A program made the translations under genes and the position numbers. From the NCBI GenBank assembly GCA_002633005.1, contig NMRA01000099.1, positions 960,497-1,008,660 on the forward strand: a stretch of 48,164 nucleotides of DNA, read 5' to 3'. The DNA comes from Phoronis australis. Its lineage: Eukaryota; Animalia; Phoronida. How positions within the stretch are numbered: position 1 is the first letter of the stretch; each line of letters begins with the position of its first letter. The notes beneath the pieces are model-generated. The model made no database searches. It was given only the letters and a program-made list of their open reading frames with translations, and was not told the DNA's origin. Shown here piece after piece: positions 13,401 through 25,400 of the stretch.

Positions 13401-16400
13401 TATAAATTACGAGAAATAAATTATAAGCAAGAGGGAGACTCAGTAATAAGAGCTGAGCCGATGAAAGTAGGTTATTGGAGAATGTGCAGGTACCGAGCCT
13501 GTAGGATTTTGTCCAGGGGGGTCAGGAATGTAATAAACATCAAATGGATCTGCTGAAGAAGAGATAGGAGTGGNTTAAGCGATACTTCCTGCCATGTTTT
13601 CAGCAGCGAGTAATAGGCAGAACTCCTATATGTGACCGTATTTTAAAATGCGTGAAAATTGGGTATAAATAATCCAACACCATAGGGATTTGATGAATGT
13701 TTATTTTTGGAGATGTGTTGGTGATTTCTCGGTCGCGGCTGGGTACACGAAAGCAATGTTACGTACTACGTGCCGGTACAGGTTATCACGAAACAGCAGT
13801 AAGCACATACATTAGGTACTTGATGGGTACGATAGAAAGAATGTGTACATTGCCAACGAGTGCCAAATGGGTACACGACACCAGATGGGTATTGGGCTCG
13901 AGCAAAACGGTAAATATATCTTTAAGTACCAGATGGTTACTCAAACTGCCAAGTGAGCTAACGTTCAATATACAGTGCCAGATGGCTACACAGGGACCGC
14001 CAAGTAGGCTGAGTGAGCAGACCTAGCGGCGTGTGGTAGAGTTAGTTTGTCCAATACTTACAGAGTGAGCAGCACTGTTGCTATGTGGGGCAGTTCAGGA
14101 AGGTATGAGCAAGGTGGCATTGTGGCCTCGCTGGTTCCCTGCGTGACGCTAGGTGGTCGCTAGCACGCAGGTATCCCTTAATTTTCCTCGGGATTTTTTT
14201 ACACCGGCGTTTCTGATTGGCTGATCGAATTCTCAACAGGCAGCGCTTTATGCAAACAAACTGGTATGGCTGATGGAGGAAGTGTAAATGTGGTCTGTTG
14301 TACAGACAAATCGGTGCTTAAAATTTATGTTCAGGAAATGTGAATCCCAGAAATTGTGGTTGCGCCTTTTCGGAGTGCATCTTTTTAGTGTCGATGACTT
14401 TTGTTTACGATACTGTCTTGTATTCATACAGTGTGAATAACACACCGGTTTTATCGGCCTGATATGTGTTTATTGTACATGCATATACATATCCGCCATT
14501 TTACGACTGAAATGTTAATATTCTGGCCTATCTGGTGAGACCATCATAGGTTGAAAATAGCAATAAATACATTACGCGTTGGATACAGAACAAAACTGCA
14601 TATAGGAAGTCTTACGAAAGGTTTGTAAATTTAAATTTGGAATAACGAATTTTCTGCAAGGTTTTTGAAGTCTTTCGCTCACTTACTGTTCACATTTTTA
14701 AGTTTTGTGCACCCTGTACAACAGAAAACGGGGCTTCCTAGACCTGGTTTCTTAAGTCCGAAACCTCTGAACAAAAACTGTTGTGCGCTATCAGTTCACG
14801 AGTCGACGATTTCGTCCACCATCTTATATATGTAATTAGGTTGAGTAGACAAACCAATTCCCGTGTGCCACAGTTCTCCAAGTAGGTGGATAGAGTAAGA
14901 GCTGTTTCGACTTACATTTTACGAAGGATATCGATAAAATTGCCAATGGTTGCCGTTATTCCATTTCCAAAATATTCAGCATTATTACTTCTTCGTTTTT
15001 CTTCCCGAGAACAGCTTACGTTTAAAAATGAAGATGATTTTAGTATAAATCGGGTAATTAGCAAAACCAGACGTCCTTCATCCTAGATCAACATTCATAC
15101 TGTAAATTAGTCTTCGAAACAAGTGTTGAAATCACTGCAATAGCGGAGTTGCAACGCCGCCATATTGGAAATGGGTCAGAATGTTGCATTGTGGTTAAGC
15201 CGGTAAACAAGTACGTCGGCAAGCGTGGGGGCGAACCGGCCACAGGGAGGTTATACGTGTTGTGTGCCTGGCATGCTATAATACCAGTTAGCGAAATAAA
15301 AAATTTAGTTACTACCTGTTTCCCAAGGATCAAGAACTGCGTTAAACATGGGTCAGAGACATCGGTAGAGCTGGTAGCAAAGGCCGACTTCGTGAATTCT
15401 TTCCGACTTCGTAGCATAAAGTGTGCAGCGCTCATTTTGAGGGCGGCAAGAAAACGTATCTTAGAAACTGCCCAACAATATCTCCCTTCAAAGAAACAGT
15501 AACAAATACTCCACGGCGGTTGGTAGTGAAAAAAAAACTTGTTTTCGCTTGACCAGAACCAAGCCAACATGAGCAATTTTGAGGATAATGCCTCTGCACA
15601 ATCACCTGTTCTGGGTCGACTCACTTAACGTATGCTCACTATATGCATTACGCGCTAAGATAAAGCGTGCAGATTATTATTATTTACTTTCTACAAAATT
15701 GTGGTACATTGCTATCAAAATTCGTTGTTAAATTACGATCATTTTTCATAAAATTTTGTTGAAGTTCCAGGGCGAAATCTTGCCGACAAATGCGTAGCTG
15801 CTGGTCTCGCAATCGTCGATAGGGCTTGAATTCTTAAATAAGAATACAGCTTTGACTCAACAAATTACCTGAAATCCTCCTCAAGTTTTCCAAATAGCGT
15901 CTCTAAGATTTTTAAGTTCTTGTGAAGTCTGGATTAACTGCAGATTAAGTCCAAATCTACGCTAGATTGTAGCACGCAACCCGAGAAAAATCTCTGTGGG
16001 AACACATGTTGTTGTCACGTGACGTTTGTTTTGAAGTTTGTATGCGTGTGTGTGAGAGTAAGCGTGCGTGTGCTTGTCAGAGTTCATTTGCCAGAGTAAT
16101 GTAATGATCTAGGTGTGCATTGTATCCAAAAAAAAAAAATAAAAAAATAAGTCAAACAGTCAAGCAGAGCGTGTTTTAATATTTACGGCTTAGCACTTGC
16201 TGGCCTCATCTGCTAAAAACGTTCGAGAATTTTTTCGGTAAGACCGACATGTCACTCATTGAGTCGCCGGGTGAGTGGATGCGTGACCGTAGTGTAACAG
16301 CTATTTCCCGGAAGATTTGGGGTGTAAGGGTGCGAAGTGGGTCATTTTGACCTTAAAAACACCAATTATGATTAGTTAAATAATTTCTCTTAAAAATAAT

Positions 16401-19400
16401 GCAGAAGCTTTTTACGGTATTGGAAACTTTCGGAAATTAGTGCCAATATTTATTTGCCGATGCTATGTTACCCGATTAATCTTCGATGACAGTCGGTACA
16501 TTATGCAGCGCGCGCTTCTTGGTCGCGTGCTAACACTGGTCGAGTTTTTTTTTTTAGTCTTCGATTCACGGTTTTCACATGCACAAAGAAGTTTGAGGCC
16601 GGAGAAGATCTGTACTGGAAAGAAACAATGCAATCTCGCTCTTTGACAAGTACGCTGTCTCTGTTTTCAAAGTCCAGACCCGCGTAGTGGGGCACATCCC
16701 TCGCAAGAGCAGCAAAACTTCTGCATTCTTTTTGAATCGCGGCGTAAGTTTGAAGTGTATACGGACATAACGGTGAGGCTCGTGGTCCGTTACAAATTCA
16801 GGCTGTCGGATCTTTCAGTTGATAAATTGGAGACGTTAGAACTGTAGGTAAGGGCCTTACTTCCATTAAATAGCCGATCAACCTGGCTGCAGCCAGCCAG
16901 TGAAGCCGAGGTTAGGAGGATAAAAACTAACCTCATGAACAAATTGTAACATTTCTATGTCGGAACAACACACAAAATTCACGGACTGGTGTTATCAGTT
17001 TATTGCCATGTGTTGTCCCCAAAGAGTGCAATGTGAAAACCCACTCGTTTACTCTACCTAGTTTCGCACCACGGGAGTGCGCACCCGCTGGGCATGCTAA
17101 ACTCGAAACTATGAACTCATGTATTTGCAGTGCCTCCCTCACTACATGAGGACGCTGCGCCAAGGAAGTAACTCTACCTCGTACTCTACTGCGCCAGTGG
17201 GTAGGCGCAACTCGAAACCGTGCCCAGTTTTTCCAGTTTGTGAGATAACGATTTTTTTTCTTCAGGAAAAGGGCCGAGTATATGGGACACGTTTGCACAT
17301 ACCCCCAACAAAATTCACAACAACGATACCGGAGACATCGCCTGCGACAGTTACCACAAGTTCATGGAAGATGTTCAGCTGCTTAAGGACTTAAAGGTGT
17401 AGTAACGTCACAGGTGTTAGGATTCTTTGTCATCAATCACTGTCAAAAAATCCGTTCTTGTGTTTTTCCTGTCAGTAAAAAAGAGCCATCGGCCGGTCAA
17501 GTATTGTTAAGTACACGATAAAACATCACCGAGCTGCTTTAACGGGAAATTTCCTTCTTACAATAAAAAATTAGGCAGATTACCTGCAGCAAACAAAATA
17601 GCCTTCCGTAAACATAAGAAAAGCAAGACCTCGCGATACCTCGCAAAAATCACGCGAGTGAAACGCGATTATTTCACGAGTATGCTATGATCAAAGGCAA
17701 AATCATACTTTTGTTGAGTGGGGAAATTTTAGCGTGAATACGTTTACCTTTCAGACAAGTGGAAATGGCAAATATCTGTTTAGTAGTGACATATTTTAAC
17801 CTAAATTATTTCTGGAATCTTGAGTGTAAGAGCACTTGGATTCTTGTCCCCTCTCTTGCACCGAGGCAAACGTGAATTTGTGATCTTAAGAACAGAATGG
17901 TCAAAAGTGAATTTTGATATTTCAGCATCTCATTTTTTCTGGTGGACGCACCAAGGCAAAGACATGGCTTTGTTGAGTTGCCTAATCTTTGAGAAACTCC
18001 ATCAAATGTACTTTCTGTAAATTATGCCTTTTTTCGGAGGTGTCATAATACAAGGCTTTTATTTTCCTAGACTAGTGGTAAAGTCAAAATCAGCCACTTG
18101 AAGTGTGGCCTTTGTCCTAAAGGGAGCTTTGTACTAGATTATCTTACCAAAATGGCGGCCATTGAACCGTGAGGTTGTAGTGTTGAATTGCGATATTGGA
18201 TTCACTGTTCCCGTTCCACAAGTTGAGAGTTTTCGCCGCAAGTGCAAAATTTTTTACTGTCCACGGAACTCTTAAAATTCCCCTTGCCATGTGGCCAATA
18301 TTGGAATTGTTATCAAGCGGCAAAGTTTTAAAACGGTTACCAGTCCTGTCGAAAGTTTGGACCGTCGTCTCTTGTGGTTGCTGACACTGCGAAGTATTTG
18401 TTACGGATGGAGACCAAGGCATGAAAAGACTGAAGAAACATTTCGTTTGATAATATGCGCTTTATGTAGGTTAATACAATAAGTAAGCAGGGATATGTTA
18501 CCTTAAAAGGATAGTAAGCAAGTTTGGACCTATTGATAAATATTTCAATTCTCTTAAACAAAATGATGCTTAAAATCCTAGTCAACCCTTGCAAGTTAGG
18601 AGCAATTTTTAAAGCTCTGCAAAGTCTGCTAAACGGATAAGCTTGACTTTAATGGGAGAATTGCGAGATAACAGAAGTTTAAATCTTCCCATGAAGAACA
18701 TGACCATTACTGAGTGACACGTTGAGTATTTTTTAAGATAAATCTAAATGATCAAATGGTGGATGAGCAGGGGACAGAACGAAGATTGATTTAAACAATC
18801 GAAACAGGGTTTAGTGTCACAGTCACCAAGTGGCGAGACTGTCTCGTCCACGAGGAGACGGCTCACCTAGGACAACCAATAAAACATGTCGCAAGTCTGC
18901 TTAAAAGAGGCGGTTTACAAAAAGGGAAGCAGAAGAGGTTATCAAAAGCAGAAATGGGCGATTGGCATTGCTTTTGATACCCGACTGTACAAGATAATGC
19001 CATGCTTCATTGTGTGTTAATGCTGCTTCTGGTTATATGTGGAGACAATCTGACCGGATATAAGTATGATGATGCGATAGTGTTCTTTTATAAGGGCACC
19101 GACTTCCTTTCCGCATATGTATTATCTGTCGAGGCAAATCTAAACACCCAAAACCTTTTAATAACTAACCTGAATCGCACACTCACGTGACGAATTTTGC
19201 AAAATACATTCCAGGTGTCTCACTACCGTTTTTCTATATCATGGCCCAGGGTCATACCCACAGGAAAATTAGCTGACGGCATCAACCGTGTAGGAATCAC
19301 GTACTACAAGACATTGATACGTGCCTTGTTGAACGCCGGCGTCAAACCCATGGTCACGCTATATCATTGGGATCTGCCGCAAGGTCTTGAGGACGATGGC

Positions 19401-22400
19401 GGGTGGTTGAATGAAACAACAAACGAACACTTCAACGATTACGCACGACTCATGTTTCAAGAACTTGGAGACATGGTAAGACCGGTTGCTGCAAATATAA
19501 TGATGTTGGTTGCAATTTTTTTGATGAAATAATTGGTAAACGATTTTTGTTTCTTTGATAACACTGAGCATTTCAACAGTATTCATCTTGAAGAATTTGA
19601 GTAACGTTTGAAGGCAAGTTATGCTTGACTTTGATATATACATTTGTTTGACAATAACTTGCAATTTCAGTATTCGAGACCCCGTTGAAAAATCGACATG
19701 TGAAAATCATGCTTCATTCTAGAAAGATTATTGGTGAAAAAACAGGTGCTGCGAAATTACACTGGCTTTTGTGCCAAGCTGATCTATTTACAGACGACCG
19801 GAAACTGATGCATGCGCATTGCACAATAACGCCAGAGTCACTGTGTGGCTCATTTATTTTACCGGTACAAGCTGGCGACAAATGAAAGAAAACAATGAAT
19901 AGTGACAGTATGCTGTACCATTAACATTGGCATCCAGAGCACAAAAGAGGAAGTTAAAACAAACCCCACACAAGGCCAAATGACCAAGTCCAATGAAACA
20001 CAGGGGAGATTGGCCTCCTGCAAAATCGGTAACAACTAACATATAACATGAAACAATGGCAGATCGAAAAGACGTCAAATAAACCCTACAGAACCAAACT
20101 TACGAGAGAACTAGAGCAAAACACCTACAAGAATGGAAAGAAATATTACTAGGCGACAAAACACTTGCATACTGTCCTCTGAAACACGGCCAAAGGCTGC
20201 AAATCCCTAAAACGACTCCGATAAAAAACAGTGGCGAGCATACGGCGTCCATAATAGAAAGCTCTTGGCGACATCTATCGAGATACTTAAAACTAATCTC
20301 AGAAAGGGAGAGTGTCGGAATGAGACTACGTAAATTTTCCAATTTAAGCTGGTGTCATCTGCCAAGTTTACTGAACGACTCGCAATCTTTTGTGTATACC
20401 ACGTGTCAGCCTCTTTTTGGAAAGTTTAATTTTTGTTCCTGAAGCACGTCTTTAAGAAAAGTTACTCCTAATTAAAACAGTTATGAAACACGAATTTTGT
20501 CCAAGAAGCGAACATTTTAGATCACTTACCACCATAAAATTGTTATCAACTTGTTTCTTACACAGAAGAAAAGTGAGAACTGATACTTCGTTATTCAGTG
20601 AGACCATTGTCGGCGAATTAAATAACACGCCGTGACAAACCAACTTGTAGACTGGGGCCTCAGGCACTAACGAACTGTTGGTTCGCTCGAAGCCCCGCTT
20701 ACATAGAACTTGACCAATGAAGGAAAAATTTGAGACCAATTACATAACAGTAGGTGGTCTAAACCAAATGGTTATTCGGTGATGGACGGCAAGTGTACAG
20801 CAGCTTAAACTGCTTTCGTATCTAGTATAAGTTTTAGTTTTGCTTTGGTTGCATTTGGTAGAAAAATAAAGGTGGCCGTGTTGCATTCGTCATGACTTTT
20901 AGTTGTTTTTTATTTACTTTAAATGAAGAAAATGCGTTGCACTAGACTTGGAGATACTTGGCTCTAAAATCGTAGTCCGTATTTGGAGATCCGAAATATT
21001 TAGACCTACCTTTCGGATGAGTCATTGCCGAATAATATAATGTCATTGTGTGGCCCTATCAAGGTTTATTTCTGTAAATCTAACCTCACTGTTTTGTGCC
21101 TTTGTCCAAGGCGCACTGGTCTAAATTGGATCTCGCTTAGTGTTTTTGCTCAAAGTATAATTTTATGCAGCCCCGCATTTTAACACTCAGTTTGATTCAA
21201 CTGTTTGAGTACCGCCTGGGCAGTTCACACTGTATCCGAAAAGTGCGTATTGCTATTCTTTAAAACTTTGAAACTTATTATACAAATCGTTTCTTACCAC
21301 TAGGTTGGGCTGTGGATCACGTTTAACGAACCCTGGATTGTCTCATGGCTTGGCTATGGTGTGGCAGCATTCGCTCCAGGCAAATATGACCCTGGGACAA
21401 ATCCCTATACCGTGTCTCACAACTTGATCAAAGCACACGTTAAGGCTTGGCACACGTACAACGATGACTTTAGATCAAAACAAAAAGGTAACTTCATAAA
21501 TTACACTCTACCTTCAACAATCGTGTTATTATAAGATAATAGTGTTTTAGTTCGCGGGAAAAATGCTGTTGGCGACAACAACGATCGTTATTCACTGACT
21601 ACCAAACATGGTGACCATGCGTCCAATGGCTGATTTTTTATATAACTCCTTCAGTTTATCCTGGAGGTTGCTTTGAAATATTTCAATTCTCTAATGAGAA
21701 ACTGTAAGAGCGAAACAAAAACGAGCTGCAAAGGCCTCTCTCACTGTGACGTGTACTTTTTTGACAGGGCAAATCGGCATCACTCTCAATGGTGGCTGGT
21801 CGGAACCAAGGAACGCGAGCATTCCTGGAGACCTTGAGGCCTCAGAAAGAGCATTACAGTTCGACATTGGGTGGTTCGCGAATCCCATCTTTGTAAACGG
21901 AGATTACCCGGAAATAATGAAAACACGTGTCTACAACAACAGCATGGCGCAGAATCTGCCCAAGTCGAGACTTCCGGAATTTTCTGACGAAGAGAAGAGA
22001 CGAAATAAAGGTAAAGAGCGAAACTTCCAAACTCCACGTGTTATTTCAAATGCTACCTCTTATTTAATGTGGTGAGATAAGAGCCCTTCTATGTCAAATG
22101 TAATTATTTGATCATGATTTATTTTATCCCTGCGGCCATAATCGCTGTTATCATGATGTAAAAATTTACTCGTATAGGGATATCGTCATAGACTCTATGT
22201 AAGATTATATTGGAATCACAGCATGAAGAAATCAGTGTCATTTTTTCGTTTTGTCACCACTAGGATTTGATCATTAATGCTGGATGCGTGACGTTGTATT
22301 GGAAAACATGAGTGCTGTCGAATTCATTACTCGAAGGGAAATTACCGGTTTTACGGCTAAATTCATTCTTGAGGTTGTTCTTGGGTGAGATAGAACTTTC

Positions 22401-25400
22401 GCATTTATTAGCTTTGACGACAGCAATAAAACAACAAAATCGATTGTACCTGTGATTTTATTTAAAAATCGTCAATTCTCGCCGATGTCTGCCAGACATT
22501 CGCTCAAGGCACATAACTTTACCAGTTAAATGCGCTTAAAATACCCTGTCATTTACCGAGAGCGTAGAATTTAGCGCTGCCAGCAGAGCGTTTGACTGAA
22601 ATTGTGAGGGTTTACGGCTCGATTACCCGCTCTACTGGTTTCAATAAGCCACTTTCGATCCGATAACGTCCATTTAATTGTTTCTCGTTCCATTAAACAA
22701 ATTTCAGAAAAGAATATAAAAAGTTGATGTTCTTTAGATGAATTACATTTTGGTCAGTAAGTTAGCGTGTTTAGCTGGCTGAAAATGAAAATGGAAACGT
22801 TCCTTTTAGAAGAATGTCGAACCTAATAGTGACTTAAAAAAACGCTTCAGAGTTTATTAAGGTTGGCCGGTCATAAATTTGCGAATTCGAGAATAACGCA
22901 CAAACGCATTGCCAATGATTGTTTTGGAATGAAATCCTGTTACGATAAGGAAGATAATGAGACAGATTTTATGAGACCATAATTATATTTACTTAATTTT
23001 TGTTTTTAGCCAGCTAAACACGACGTCAAAATGCAGTAAAAAAACATACGTACAAATATGAGTTACTTCGCAAAACGAATCAACGCCGCTACGCTCTATC
23101 TACGCGTTTTATTTCGTCATCAATTAACCTTTTCTGGTTGCTCACTTCGTCAAGGGCGTTTGGGAAATTAGTTTGCTTTGTTAAGTGACAAATCGCTTTT
23201 TCGGCTCTTCAACTCCTCAACTTGCGTGTGTCTTTTGAACTACGGTTTTGACGTCTTTTAGGAACTTCCGATTTCTTTGGCCTTAACTTCTACAGCGCAG
23301 GTCTGGTATTTAGCGAAAACAAGCCTTTGATGCCACCCAACTATGATAATGACAAAGGTAACGGTGGTGCTGTGGACCCCGACTGGCCAGGGTAGGTAGC
23401 TATGTCGGATTTAGACTTTGTCACATATGACATTAGGGTAGGAGATCCCTGTTAAGTATAATACTTGCATATTTAGGACCATGCGCATAAAATATATAAA
23501 TAATGCGTTTTCGTGTTTGCTAAAGTATTGCGCATGTCTTTGCGCAGATAGTCAAGGTCATTTGTTCCATTATTCTTCGATTTCTATTTGGCGTGTTTGT
23601 GTACATAGAATCATATGTTTATAAAATGCCAGGTGGAACAACCTTTTTCTGCAAATCGTCTATTGTTACTGTACTCTCAGAAAACGTCTTAAGAGGCGTT
23701 CTTTACAAAACCTGCAAAACGCAATACTGTTGGCGGATCGACTTTCACGATCCTTTCCAACAGGGCGTCATCTGACAGTGGTTCCNAAATTTTGATGTTT
23801 ATTGACTCGTTTTGGGAGTACCCCATCAACAAAGGAGACCATTTATGAAGAGAGGTTAGATACATTTACCCCTTTTATCCCAATGTAAACCTGTCACTGT
23901 TGGCACCAGCTGTAATGGTATTTTCAATATTTTCTCAAAGCGGCACCTTTGTGCGATGACTTGAGTCGAAGAGAAATTACCATAAACTGCTCGTTACAGT
24001 GCCACACGCAAAAGTATTACAAACCAGTAGCTAAAGCCAGACTCGCAGATTTATCAAATGTGAGGAAAAGAGAACGTAGACTTACACTAACGTACATTGT
24101 TTGCGTTTTCAGATCCTGTTCCGGTTGGTTGAAAGTGACACCATTTGCTATGCGGAAAATACTGGGATGGATCAAGAAGACGTACAGCAATCCACCAGTC
24201 TACGTCACTGAGAACGGTGTGTCTGACTGTAATGGAACTTTGGATGACGAGCCTCGTGTTTATTACTACAAACACTACATTAATGAAATGTTGAAAGGTA
24301 TGAAACCATGAACATTTATACCAATACTGAATGAGTGCTTTTTCCAAACAAATGTAGAATGATTACTGAAGTTGCGCGGTAACCTGCCTCTTTTGACAGG
24401 GCATAGCTAATAAAATTGAAAACGCACGTAACTGTGATAACAGATGTCATCTTTGTCGTTATGATAAAGGTGGTGTTTATAACGTCTTTACTCAGGTGCC
24501 TGTTTAGCCTTCTGTTGTTGCTGTTGATATACTCTTTGATTTTTACACGTACCTTCAGAGAAATTTCAAATCATAAATCAGGTAAACCCAGCCCACAAAA
24601 TAGGTCTCGAACCTTTCCCTGCCAAGGCATAATGAAACGTCGAGTTATGAAGGAGTGAGGAAGGAGTGTCAGCAGTTTCAAACCGTTCAAAAGTATTTTA
24701 TGTCAATCAGACCCTTCTGATGATAAAATCGATTGTTAAAGGCCATCATTTCCCCCAGTCTACTTATTTTTTGCCTGTTTTTCGAAAAATAACTCCAAGC
24801 GTCCATACATTTAACTCCTAAAAATTCGCCTTATTGGTGAAAAATAATCACTATTTTTTTGTTTAAGAAACCGCTTATCAATAATATGGTTAATCTAATG
24901 TGCGTGCCGTATGGTTTGAACAAGCGAGACTCGGGGTCAGAAGGTCACAACGAAACCGCTTTATGCTTGTGGTTAAAAACAAGCACTTCATAACTTCAAT
25001 CGCTGTCCTTGCAACATTTTGTGACGGATTTTTAGAGCTTGTTCATGAATGTGAAAATAGTGGTTTTGGGTAGAAATGGGGAAAATTTGCAAAGATTGCA
25101 AAAAATATTCATTCCAGGACATGGAACGCATTAACGCATTAAAATACATGCGTGCACCCAGCCTAAAATGAGGGGGCTCGCATTTTTGAGAATGTGGACC
25201 TTTTACTAAAAACGGGGTATGTTCAGAGATATGAAATGTACATTCTCCGAATTTTGGTAGTTCCTGCAATTTTAGTGGACTTTTCTCCCGTTTTCTACTT
25301 TTTCGGAGTTTTTTCTCTGAGGCGGACCTTTTTACCAATCCGAGCCCCCCCCCTGGGTGCGTGACATGAAACAGCCTTTAACATGGCAGTGTATTGTAGC

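Noticed and set aside
15088-15624. 178-aa minus-strand ORF
   Set aside because: No recognisable motif or splice support, and it lies in a repeat-rich intron.
19880-20250. A-rich stretch resembling a retroelement coding strand
   Set aside because: No RT or endonuclease motif found.
24740-25377. TTAAAGG...CCTTTAA as another Kolobok element
   Set aside because: The termini match only over AGGC; no convincing TIR.
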